Shown here one piece after another: positions 26,701 to 37,849 of a stretch of DNA of 64,000 bases. This DNA comes from Tubiluchus corallicola. Lineage: Eukaryota; Animalia; Priapulida. Each line of letters begins with the position of its first letter. Within the stretch, counting starts at the first letter, position 1. Position numbers and translations under genes: made by a program. The stretch spans positions 1,426,001 through 1,490,000 of the forward strand of contig JAQGDQ010000001.1 of NCBI GenBank assembly GCA_030141605.1. Direction: 5' to 3'. A model generated the notes under the pieces. That model did no database searches. It saw only the letters and a list, made by a program, of their open reading frames with translations, and was not told where the DNA came from.

Positions 26701-29700
26701 AGTTTACTGTCCGCGTTTTTGTAGACCCCTTAGGTGGCCCAGGGTTTAACTCTAGGTCACCTGATAACAGGAATGATAAAACGAGGAAAAGTTTGAGTGA
26801 CTTCACTTGGCACTGCGGCGTCCATGATTGTTTTGTATCAATGGTGGACGGGGTTGAAATTCAGAATTTTTGCAATAAAATGTCAAATTTCGAGAGCTGT
26901 GAGGTGAACCTAGCGTCAAAAGTGCCAAATTCCACACCTTCAAACAATTGTCCATTTAACTGATTCACTTCCTGGTTGTTTCGGTGCATTATAGTGGTAA
27001 AAACGCTCAAAATTAGCACAGCAAAACAAAGACCCGTCATCCCGGGCGCCGCCATCTTGAACTTGAGTGAAAGAGACCTTTGATAGCAAGTTATACATTT
27101 CAAAAGCTTAGATGGAGTAAACTGAACAGTAATTGTTAGTACAGCTGCCTAAAAAGAAAGATATCTGGGATTGAATTCTTGTGGACACAGTAAATTTTTC
27201 AGACTTCCCAATTTATCATTTGCCTCACATGATGTCTTGATGCAGTGTGGACTGTGTTCCCCTGTCGCTGCCCCCAATAACGTGTACAGTAAATACTGAA
27301 TTAAAATTTAAAAATTTTCTGTAGAGTAAATGGTTAGCAAAATAGGATGGAAAGCAGAACATGTAAATAGAAAAATAAGCTTTTCAAAAGATTGTAATTA
27401 ATTTTTCTCAAGTGGGTTATCAACTAACATTATTCATACTTTTTCCAAAACAGCAGAATAAGCTTTCAGTGCATTAAGAGTCCTTCCAGTTAGATTGCTT
27501 TGCCTTGCAGAATCAACAGCTAATGAATAATAAATAGCATTCTCCATATCCCTCATGTAGGCAGCTGTACTTCCTGCAAGCACCCTAAGAAGATCAACAT
27601 CATGATTATTTAAGTTGCTTGCAACTGCAGCTAATTACTATCAAAACTACTTAACGAGCAATCCAGTTATGACGAAAAGTAATAGTAATGGCCCAATAGT
27701 AAAAATTCAATAGTAATGGCCCAATAATAATATTATTAACAGGTAAATCAATGGAAGTACTGTTATAGCAGATTACTGAATTAAAACTAATTTCTTATAG
27801 TATGTTCCTACAAGTAATACTTTTGAGCACAACTAAAACCAATGGTGGTAAAATACACGTACAGTAAACGCTGCATAACTTGGATCATTGGAGGCCAATT
27901 CTGTCGTACAAAAATAAACAGCAGTAACTACAATTTTAATAAAATTGAGATTTTGGTGCATTCTTACCAAACAGATGGCACCCTTCCTTGCTATTGTAAT
28001 GACATTTCATTTTCAGCAGTAATTTTTGCTCAAAAAGTAATTTCCTGTAACAGGGCAGGCAAATATGTACCTCATTACAGGTTTAAAAGTAGTAATTACA
28101 CAGGGCTCAACACAAAAACAGAATTAGCACTTATTGTTCTCTTTCTCCAATTTCTGTATTGCAAGGCACCTTACTATACAGAAATAAAAAACAGCAACTT
28201 TACAGCAAACAATTTAAAGTACTTCCAGTTACTGCTTTCTATCTCTGTTTCCCTTTAGCCAATCTAAAGTTACTGCTTGCACGTGTTGTATGAGCACAAC
28301 AAATAGATAAAAAGTCTATAAGAACATGACTTAGAACAATGGGATTAATGATTCACTTTGGACAAAACTTCATGCCCTTGCACTCCAAGCATGACATTTG
28401 AAAAAACTTTCCACGAAATCTTCCTGAAGTTCAAATTTAGTTAAATTAGCATTAAGGGACACACGGGCCAATAAAGAAAATTTTGTTTTGCTTTGCATAA
28501 TTTATAATCAATATTTGTTTATTAGTTACTACATGTCAGATCTATATGAGATCCCTTAAGCATCTGAAGAAATTTTAATAAAATATTTATTCGTTGCAAG
28601 TGCTGTGCATCTTTGTGTTCTCAACATAATAACAAAATTTTTTAGTAAAATCATAAGGTGCTGTGGCCTAATAGTGATACTAATCGTTTTTTTTTTTAAA
28701 TTTAGTGACTGTAGTCTAGTGCAGTTGTTTGTAATTTACTGCCTTTTCTGTCTGTTGCTTCAATTTCTGTTAAAAGTTACTGCTTGCTAACACTGCAGCA
28801 ACTACATGTAAAGTATATGCAATTTATTAAGCATACATTTAGATGGCATAAAGTTTACTACTATTACGAATTACACGCTCAAATGGGTAATATATGTTTA
28901 ACCTAGCAATTGTTTATTAATTTTATCTATCAGCAACTTTGCATAAAAATCACTTGTACTGATCATCTTCAAAACATTGCCCAAATATCAGCAAGGAGCT
29001 AAGACCTCTTCTAATTTTAGAAGGTTAATTAAGCTTGCTTTCGTTAATTGTTATAGGTTTTTGCAGTTGCCTTTTTTTCTTATAAAACTGTGTTCACAGT
29101 ACTTATCCCTTTACCTTGGCAATCAGTTCTCATGGAAACCCATTCTACTGATATACATTTAAAGAAATTGTGATACACCCAGACCACGACTAATAACAAT
29201 ACCCTTTTTGATGTAAGCTGCTGCAAGCCCTCTTCTTTTTTTAACAGTGGCTATGCACCCTATTACTACCGAAACAATGTGAATGTGTGTTAGTTCTGTC
29301 TACAAAATGCTAAAAATTAATAGCAAAATGTGCAGTCAAATTCAAATAATAAAATTTAAAGTTCCTTTAAAATTACTGCTTTACTGTACAATTAACTACT
29401 ACAGGACTCATTTGTCATTACTACACCTGTCACATCATGAGTAATAGTGAAAATGTTCAAATTTTATACAAAAAAAATTATAAAAGACATTTAAATTTGA
29501 TGCTAGTTAGACAGTGTCTGTTTTGCAAATTATGTGAGAAAGTAATCTATGTTTTCACAAGTATGAGAAAAAAGTATGCATTTATGTTTGTGTGTATATA
29601 TTATACACGTATATGCAATTAACAAATACATTACACAGATGATGACTTTGACCTCATCAATAAAACTCATATTTTTTCAATTTTGCACAAAGTTTGGTAC

Positions 29701-32700
29701 ATTTTTGATACATTTGGTAATGTTATATCAAAAGTTATCCCCTTTACAAATTTTCTTAAAACATTTAATTCTACAAAACATTTTAGTTCAGTATAAAACT
29801 GAATCTTAATGACAATGTTGAATCTTTTGTTGGTGCCACAGAACTAAACAGCAGTAATTTTATAAACATTGTGGCCTGTCTTCTGTTAGATTACAAATTT
29901 AAGTGTAGATACTGCTGTTTAGCTTTGTAGCAAATTTACAATATTAAGCTAACAGAGTAAAGAGCAGTATCTACTGAGGTAATACGTTGAATCATTTAAA
30001 TTTTATTTGCAAAAAACGGCTTGACTTTCTTTTTGGCACAAAAGCAGCCATTCATATGTTTAGATTATGTGGAAAGTTTCATCTTCAATGATTGTATATT
30101 TACTTGGGGTAGCATTGCAAACTTTGATTGCATTTTTCTCAAAATAGTAAAAAAATAAGAATTTGTAGTTACTGCCTTTTTTGCGTGGCAGATTTATAGT
30201 CTTGCAAAACTACACATACAAACGTTTGGTTTGCAGATTTTCTATTTGTTTTGTCCTGGTTCAGCACTATTGTGCCAAAACTGACAGTGACTCGTTTCAT
30301 CAAATTAGATGTTTATTACATCACTAACACTAGCAAGCCTGCTTACTACTTATTTTAACTTTGATTTGAATTTTCTTTTTAGAAATTATTTAAAAGAGAA
30401 AAGTGTACAAGAAAATAATGAAATAGGGAATCTTTTAGAATTGTGCAACTGGAAACTTCCTCTTTGCAATTTTTAACAATGCAAATTTAATAAACGCAAA
30501 AACAAATTACTTACGTTTCTAGAGTAGTTGAACTATACTGCGAGCCATTGTCTTTAATTGCTATAGATACCAGGTCCTTGTGATAACTTGGGGCATGATA
30601 ACCTCGAAGTGCTGTCAAGAAATCGCCACGTTCAGTGGAGCCACTGCCTCAATATATAATCAACAAATTTAACTTTTCATCTGCTTCAAAAAATTTGATT
30701 AGGATTAAAGAATATGTCGCCTAAAGTATGACGTATACTACGTTAAGTAGTCTTGTACATAAAACTAGTCGACTGTGTTTCTGCTTAGTCAAGCATATAT
30801 ATTTAAATTAATGCTATTAGTAAAAAATAGATGAGCAAAAGAAAAATTAATAAGCAAACTCACTATATATGTTATTAAATTTTTAGGAACTGCAATATAC
30901 GAAAAACTTCTAAGTTTTTAACACCTAAGGTTTATTTGATGCCAAGGCATTTCAATAGAATCATTAAAGAAAATGTTCAAAAATGCAATTTTTGGAACTG
31001 ATGTTTATTTGAAACAACATACTCACGGACTGAGTACCCTGCACTTGGTGCTCCTGGAGCATAACAATACCGCAGGTAATGATGTGACACTCTTCTCCTG
31101 CATTAGTTTTCTTGTATTCTCAGTGTCAAACACGCGCACTGTTCGGACAGCTTTCACGTTTCTTGTGTCTAGAATTAACTGAAATATAGGCTACTTTTTG
31201 TTCAGAGCATATTTTGATTTTCCAACATTTCTAGATTTCCAAAAAAAAATAATTCTTTATTTCCTAGTATATGTAGACTCCAATCAAGGTATCATTTGAA
31301 ATAATTGTGCATATGTGCAGCATGGGTTTTAAATGGCTTTAGAAATGACAAATATTGCACCAGAATTTATGCTAATTTTAAAATCTATACATTATCACGA
31401 AATTTCTACAATTAAAGCCTTTGAACTTGACCAGTAACATGCAATAAACCAAGAAAACCAAATGTCTATGCAGAATCAGAAAATTTCATGATTATTACCA
31501 TCATAATTTTCATCATAACCATGTCATCATGAAAGTTGTAGAATATGTACATACAGTTTCAGGTTCTGAACAGTATTTCAAAACTGTTCAAAAGATCAAT
31601 AGTTTGCAAAAGTTAAAACTTAATTTTTAATTGGCTATATAAATTTGCACAAGTTTTTATAATGAAAATCCTTATGATAACTTGCCCGCAAAAACTTCTT
31701 TTATATTGATTGTCTAGAAACTGCTTTAACACAAAATTTTATATTTTAACCACATAGGAACCATTACATTACATCAGCAATATTAGAAAAAACACATCTC
31801 TTTCATATAAACATTAGCATCAACATAACTGTAACAAGTGTTTTTGAAAGCTCTTCGACACCAGCAACGACTTTTAGCCACCAATCTAGATTTCTTGAAC
31901 AGTGAACATGTGGTGTTTCAGAAAGTTTGAAACATCAGAGTTCAAACCAGTCATTTAAAATGTAGGGGACAGGCCATTTAAAGGCAGGAGAATTGGGTGC
32001 AGCCATTTAGATGCAAGAGAACTGAGTATGCCTATTTGGGCATTAGACACTTGGGCGCTCACTCACTTTGGCATGGCATGAGACATTTGGGCACTAGTGC
32101 CGATACACACTGTGGAATATATCATTTCTGTGCTACTCTACTAATCACACTGCCTATGTGGCAAAATTGTGGGAAACCTCATTCACTGCCTGATTAGTAT
32201 AATGCAACAATTAAATAAAATATAACTACCTCTCTTCCAAGAATAGAATCCGGTTTTTCATAAACCAATATATGATGAGCACGATTTCTATTTTGCTCAT
32301 CCCACAAGCTCTCTATGTGTTCTAACCTACAGTAAAATAGCAAAATATGGTACAGTAGATATAGACAACAGACAATACTAGTTTATAATAATTTGGTGAC
32401 AAAAAATGAATAGTCGAGTGGTTAGTGTGTGCTTAGCGACATAATCAATGTCGAGCCTCGTTAGTAAATAGACAGGTGAGTTCCAATCCTATCATAATCA
32501 GCTACAATAATTAATCTAGTATCCCAGTTTTTCAAACTGTATAAAAATTCAGTACTTTGAATATTAAATTAGTTCAGGACTTTAGATGTTAGTAAAATTT
32601 TAGTAAACAATTACTTCAATGCATAATCAAAACTAATATATATGCATAATATTCACCTGACACCAAGGAATGTACAGTAATGAATATTCTTGGAAATTTA

Positions 32701-35700
32701 AAAATCACAAACAGCCAATAGATTGAAAATAACACATCTTACATAACATACTTTAATATTGGATGCAGATCAGGCCAAAAAGCTGGAGTTTCACTTGAAG
32801 TATGCATCTCTAAATGATCAAGGGTAATTTTTAACAATCCTCCTACATCATTTACTCCAGAAATACCAATAGCGGTACCAGTTTGGCTTTCAGAGCTAAA
32901 TGCTTTGAACAACTAAAAAATACAAACAAAAATTACTACCACTTCTAATCGTGCCATGAACAGGCATATTAAATGCAAATTTGCAGCACATTACAGGTGC
33001 AAAATCTGTAATTAGTTAACAAATCAAAAGAATCGAGCTTGGTTTTCAATCACTAGTATCAGTACTACTGATATTGGAAAAGCTCGTTGCAACTGCTGGT
33101 GACATTTATCTTGTTTTGAACAAGTATATAGGCGGTACAGAATTATAGTAACTGTAGAAAATGATCGATGCTTCACAAAAAGTCAGACTTGTGTATTATG
33201 TCATACACAATGATATGAGCATATTTTAACAGTTCTGCCCTAAAAGAAGTTTAAATCTTGTTAATAAATGACATTTTTAAACGTTTCAAACCTATTCAAC
33301 CAGTGTAACTTAATTTACTATTTAAAGCGTTATAGCACCCTCAAAACATCTGTTTTCTAAAAGAAGAAAAAAGCTTCTTAAACTAAAAACTCTGATTACA
33401 TATGGTACCTTTATGGTTGGTAATCCCTTCACGTGGTAAGACCTGCATGTTTCGATATTTTTGGAATCTGCACAGTTGATAACAGCAGTGTTGATTACAT
33501 CATGCCAACCTAAGCAAAGATTAATTTCTTTATTGTTTTGATGCTATGAATTGAGAGCTTTATATGTCAAAACAGCTACTTTTCAACTGATGATTATAGT
33601 TGACATTGTTCCAGCATTAAATTTTTCAACATGCAACAGTTTTTCAGCCATAACTTAAAAAGCTCCAAAAACTATAAAATTCTTATAACTTCCGCAACAA
33701 AAAGTTAATGTATTGTAATATCAATAGTATAATTTCGATTTTGAACGGCACTTGCTTGTAATATTATTGTAGTCTAAACTTTGAAACATTTTTACTGCAC
33801 CACCCGATATATACAAAATAAATACTTATTTTACAGAAATATAATTTGATGTTTGGGCCTTAAAAGGTTTTCCTTACTAATATCTCACGATGTTTACAAA
33901 ACTGTTTTATACCGCTCAGAAGTGGTGCTGTCAAGTCGCTAACATGTCAGTGTCTAGTTTTTTTGCTGGATTGCTGAGCATTATGATTATCTGCCTTGAC
34001 GACAGATCTCTGCATGCAAAATGTCTACAATAGATGTAGGGGCATCTACATATAATGATATCAAGTTTAGGGTAGGTAGGTGGCATGAGACGTGATAATG
34101 CCATTATAAGGCAAGGTAGGTAGGTGATTTAGTCATGATATCGTTATCTGACTTCAGGCTTTTTTGGCTGGTTGTAATCGGCTGTGAGAAGGAGGGATCT
34201 GCACAATGGGTTGATGAGAATGAGTTCAGTGAATTGGGGCTGACACCACTTTCACTGCTGATGCCAGTAGAATCCACTGATGGTTTCTGGTTAATCAACA
34301 CATGTTGTGTTGTTACCTGTCTTTGTGAGGAGGAAGAATAAAATGTGCAATACGCTACATCGGTGTGATATTGATATTAGCAGTGTAAGGGGTAGCTAGG
34401 TGGTGGGGCATATGATAACATTAGTATAACACAAGATGGGTAGGTGCTCGAAATCGGCTGAAAACTTCATATCGTTATATGTGGGCATGACAATGATTTA
34501 TAATATATAATTGCATCATGTGATATCAGCTTTTAAGCCTTAAAATTAATTTACATAAAACTAATTATCATAATTAATGAATATCAGAAAGCAACTGGAT
34601 ACCAAACGTGTTTAAACTTTAAAGAAACAAATTTTAATTATAATTTTATGGTGCGCGGTAAAAATGGCACAGGGAAAATGCTACATATGTTATTTTGATG
34701 CAAATGATTTCTATAAAAAAAAACTAGAATGCGCTCACTAGGGAGCAGATCTCTGCGAAAGCCGAACAATCCTAAACTTATTTGCCTGACTCTTTTGATT
34801 AAAAAATTTTAACACAAAGATAAAGAAAACATACAAAAATGTACTTGTTCTGGTATTATATAGACTAGTAAAAGACTCACAAAATGTTTGTTCACTAAAA
34901 AGATTTATAATCGATAATGCACAAATGAACCACAAAGTGCTTATCTACTTTTATAAGCATTAATTTTGATGATGGTAATAGACTGACAAAATTAATATAC
35001 ATGTAAGCAAGTCACCGTATAAGGCACTACATGTTAATAAGCAGAGGTTATAGACAGCGTTACACAGTTTTGCAAGCGAAAATTTCTCGAAAAGTGACTG
35101 GAACAAACTCGTAGTTGTTTGTCCAGGTGAAGATAACAATAAATAACTTACTAAATACTCACTCTGAGCTCTCCAGAAAGTGCTTCACAAAAGGTGTTTT
35201 TTGTACGTGATGTTCTATCAAGTTTTGCAAAAAAAGAACCGACGAATAGATTCCCAATTTGGCACCCTATACCCGCCTGTCTTGGAAACCTGATAGATAG
35301 TTTTTGTATAATAAGCTTACTGCCATAACAGACAAAAAAGAACCAAACAAACAGACAAACACGACTTCCTAGGCAAAGGTAAAAATAATTGTCCCCACTG
35401 CAACACTAACTCTAAACACATATTTTATTAAGAGTGCCCTTTTTTCCTGTGCCATATTTACGTACTTTTCCGTTTATGACATTTTTACCTACTTTTCCAT
35501 TTGTGCCACTTTTACCTGTACCAAATACACCTTAGTTTTACCTACATTTACATGTCCAAATCAGCTAAAAATACCTGTCAACTCAGTTGCAAACTGCTTC
35601 CATACAGGTGCGAAGCGCTGGCAATGTCCGCACCAGCTGGAATAAAACTGCACTATCCAGGCATTAGATTTACCGTGAAGGGTTTGTTTTATAGTTTCAC

Positions 35701-35821
35701 GCGTCAATTGAACACTAGGGTCAACATCCGCGTATAAAGACTCTACTTCTGGTAAAACGCATCTATAAAATGCAGAAAATACCAACACAAAATTCAATAA
35801 AAATCTCAAACATAGGGCCAT
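20511..35821 (-). CDS. QSOX: Quiescin sulfhydryl oxidase, copy B (10 coding exons, ~583 aa, ends in a hydrophobic tail with no cytosolic tail)
   Basis: Exons (minus strand): 35575-35821, 33409-33509, 32752-32912, 32230-32326, 31027-31178, 30515-30643, 27440-27584, 23898-24011, 21931-22060, 20511-20986; GT-AG, frame open throughout, 1752 nt. [39 protein letters not shown] and CLRC are all retained. Exon sizes 101/161/97/152/114 are identical to copy A. Confidence 0.93.
23686..23738. repeat. (CA)n microsatellite
   Basis: Direct reading. Confidence 0.9.
24172..27096 (-). mobile_element. Non-LTR retrotransposon (CR1/L2/Crack group) with 2A-like motif, PHD finger and APE endonuclease; RT core deleted; in QSOX-B intron 7
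   Basis: ATG at 27055; [10 protein letters not shown]; PHD finger (CGIC..CDKC..H C..CFNC); APE motifs [49 protein letters not shown]; RT C-terminal part ([41 protein letters not shown]). 3' AATAAA followed by an (ATCTT)3 tail; candidate TSD ATTTCAA at 24165-24171 and 27097-27103. Several frameshifts and stops. Confidence 0.9.
33640..33808. repeat. Dispersed repeat, homologous to 610-774
   Basis: Visible alignment to the window start over about 170 bp. Confidence 0.6.
34722..35382. mobile_element. Helentron-associated (HINE-like) non-autonomous element in QSOX-B intron 1
   Basis: Starts AACTAGAATGCGCTCACTAGGGAGCAGATCTCTGCGAAAG and ends with ACAG/ACAA microsatellite-like runs then CCTAGGCAAAGGTAA, an architecture I recall for HINEs. 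It is flanked by inverted GGTAAAAATGGCACAGG / CCTGTGCCAT repeats (34651-34680, 35445-35520) of a possible host MITE. Confidence 0.4.
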
Positions 35822-36651
35822 GAGCTATTACAATTCCTGTGCTGCTACTACAAAAAAAGCGTGAGCAGAGAACGCAGGATGGCAGGCCAAAGTTACTTTG
35901 ATTACATATCCGTAAACATATCTGTGTTGGGAGCAAAGTAGGACACAAGCCCAAGTAGGACAATTGGCGTACATGGACCAGTCCAAGTAAGACACGTCGT
36001 ACATGGGCTGCCCAAGTAAGAGACACTAGAGAAAGGTCGCGAATTCAGTCGTTAGTTGTCTGGCAGAGTCTGTTGTCCTCGTTTATTTAATAATAATAAT
36101 TGAAAACGTCAATACACGTTGAATAATTCATCATACATCTGATGAAATAAAAAATCTTATTCTGCGCTAGTAGAAGGGCCAATATTAAATTTGGCTTCGA
36201 TACTAATCTTTTTTAAGTGAAATAGTCCAGCCTTTTAGGCGATTCCAACATTTGCTTTAAGGTATAATAATTATAATTTTTTATTTTGTCTCGCTTCACA
36301 GATAGATGATCCGCTTCACTACCTCTTGGACAAGTAATTGTTTTCTACTAAGTAAATGGGCTAGCGAGCTATGTGCCCTATATAGTTTCTCTCTTTAAAG
36401 CATTAGATACTTAGTTTAATGTTATGATGATGTTAATGGAGCCAATAATAATAATGTTTTATAGATGTAATTTAATGTATGGGCCACATCCTAAGCATCT
36501 GGAGATTCAACATCTAAAATCTTTAGAAGAGAGACAGTCAAAAATATTTAGCTTTATGCTACCAAATTATTCATAGAGAAGTTGGTGTTGACTTTGACAA
36601 ATTTTTTACATATCATATTCGCGTTGAAAGGAATTTTTGTCTGTTTGCATT

Positions 36652-37072
36652 TTAAATCTCCCGCAATACTGTTCCGACGGCGCCATTACATGACGTCACT
36701 AAAACACGTAAATCAGGGAAAGAAAAAGCAATGTTAAATTATGACCCAAAAAACTTTCCATGCAAATCTGTATTACTTGGCATTTCACTTACCTGCTGGG
36801 AAGACTTATGTAACTAGACTAATAATTTAGAATGTTTGTGCCAGTTGATAAAATGTCACTGACTCATCTTTCAGGGTGTGCCACTCACTAGCCAAAAACA
36901 TATTTTTAATCTTATTGACAAGATACAGTAATTTAAAATTTTATTTAATTAGCAACATGTATGCTACGAATGCTCTGATTATATTTTCAAACTTTACTCA
37001 GTGTTATCAAAACTTGTTTCAAATGACCTACCACTAAAATGGCTGCGCCTAACCGTCATCGCGGGAGTTTAA
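36652..37072. mobile_element. TTAA-flanked MITE in the QSOX-B/NELF-E divergent spacer
   Basis: TTAAATCTCCCGCAATACTG..GCGCCATT versus right-end reverse complement TTAAACTCCCGCGATGACGG..GCAGCCATT. Confidence 0.45.
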
Positions 37073-37200
37073 CTTTACACGTTATATACAGCGTTACGGC
37101 CGGTGCAAGCCATGCATATGAAAAGGTAGTACGTAAGCGGTACAAAATTTCGAGACGAATTTTTTAAGCTTTATGTAAGTGGAGGGTTTTCTTGTGCTTT

Positions 37201-37412
37201 AAGTGGCGTTACGAAACTTGCGAATGCGGGGATACGTTGCGTTTTCTACCTTGTGGAATAGATGCGGAAAAAATCAATGGGAAATAGCTGCAGAAAAAGA
37301 ATAACGCATCTGCAGCTGCATAAACGGGTGCATTGAAAACAATGTAAACAGATTTTATCTATTCCGCACCACCCAAAACGCATCCGCATCTGCAAGTTAA
37401 ATAAGGGATTGC
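37201..37412. mobile_element. Short palindromic MITE related to the Harbinger-like element at 59433
   Basis: CTTGCGAATGCGG versus CCGCATCTGCAAG inverted repeats; shares GGTGCATTGAAAACA and CCTTGTGGAA/TTCCACAAGG with 60430-60490. Confidence 0.5.
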
Positions 37413-37849
37413 GTAGAAATATAGATATCTATGAATATAAATATCCATATGCTCCTAAGCCATAGATTTAGATAAAGCGCGTGGGCACCTGTCCTAGGCT
37501 CTTATGCTTCTCACTCAGGCTTCACCAGGCAAACTCAATGGAGAATTGCTCAAACGGCAGAGGAACTATGTAAAACAGAGAACTATCCCATATAATATTA
37601 GAACAGGTCTCTAGTTTGAAGCTAGGATCTATGAAACAACTTACTTGGCAAGCATTTAAAAATAATTTTAATATTTTTAAGATTGAAACGCATAATATAT
37701 TGAAAATTGTAAAACAAGTGAAATTTTCTCGTTCTTCCGCAATAGATGGCAGAACAGTATTTTGTACTGTATTTTGTACATATGTTGCCTGGCTACTAAA
37801 GCTTCAGTTCAGGTGCAAGCGACATAACTAGTTTAACTACATAATAATT

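Noticed and set aside
27842-28258. 138-aa ORF in a QSOX-B intron
   Set aside because: No recognisable domain, AT-biased composition, no supporting splice structure.
32410-32492. A-box/B-box-like motifs suggesting a tRNA
   Set aside because: No cloverleaf can be folded; at most a decayed tRNA-derived SINE head.
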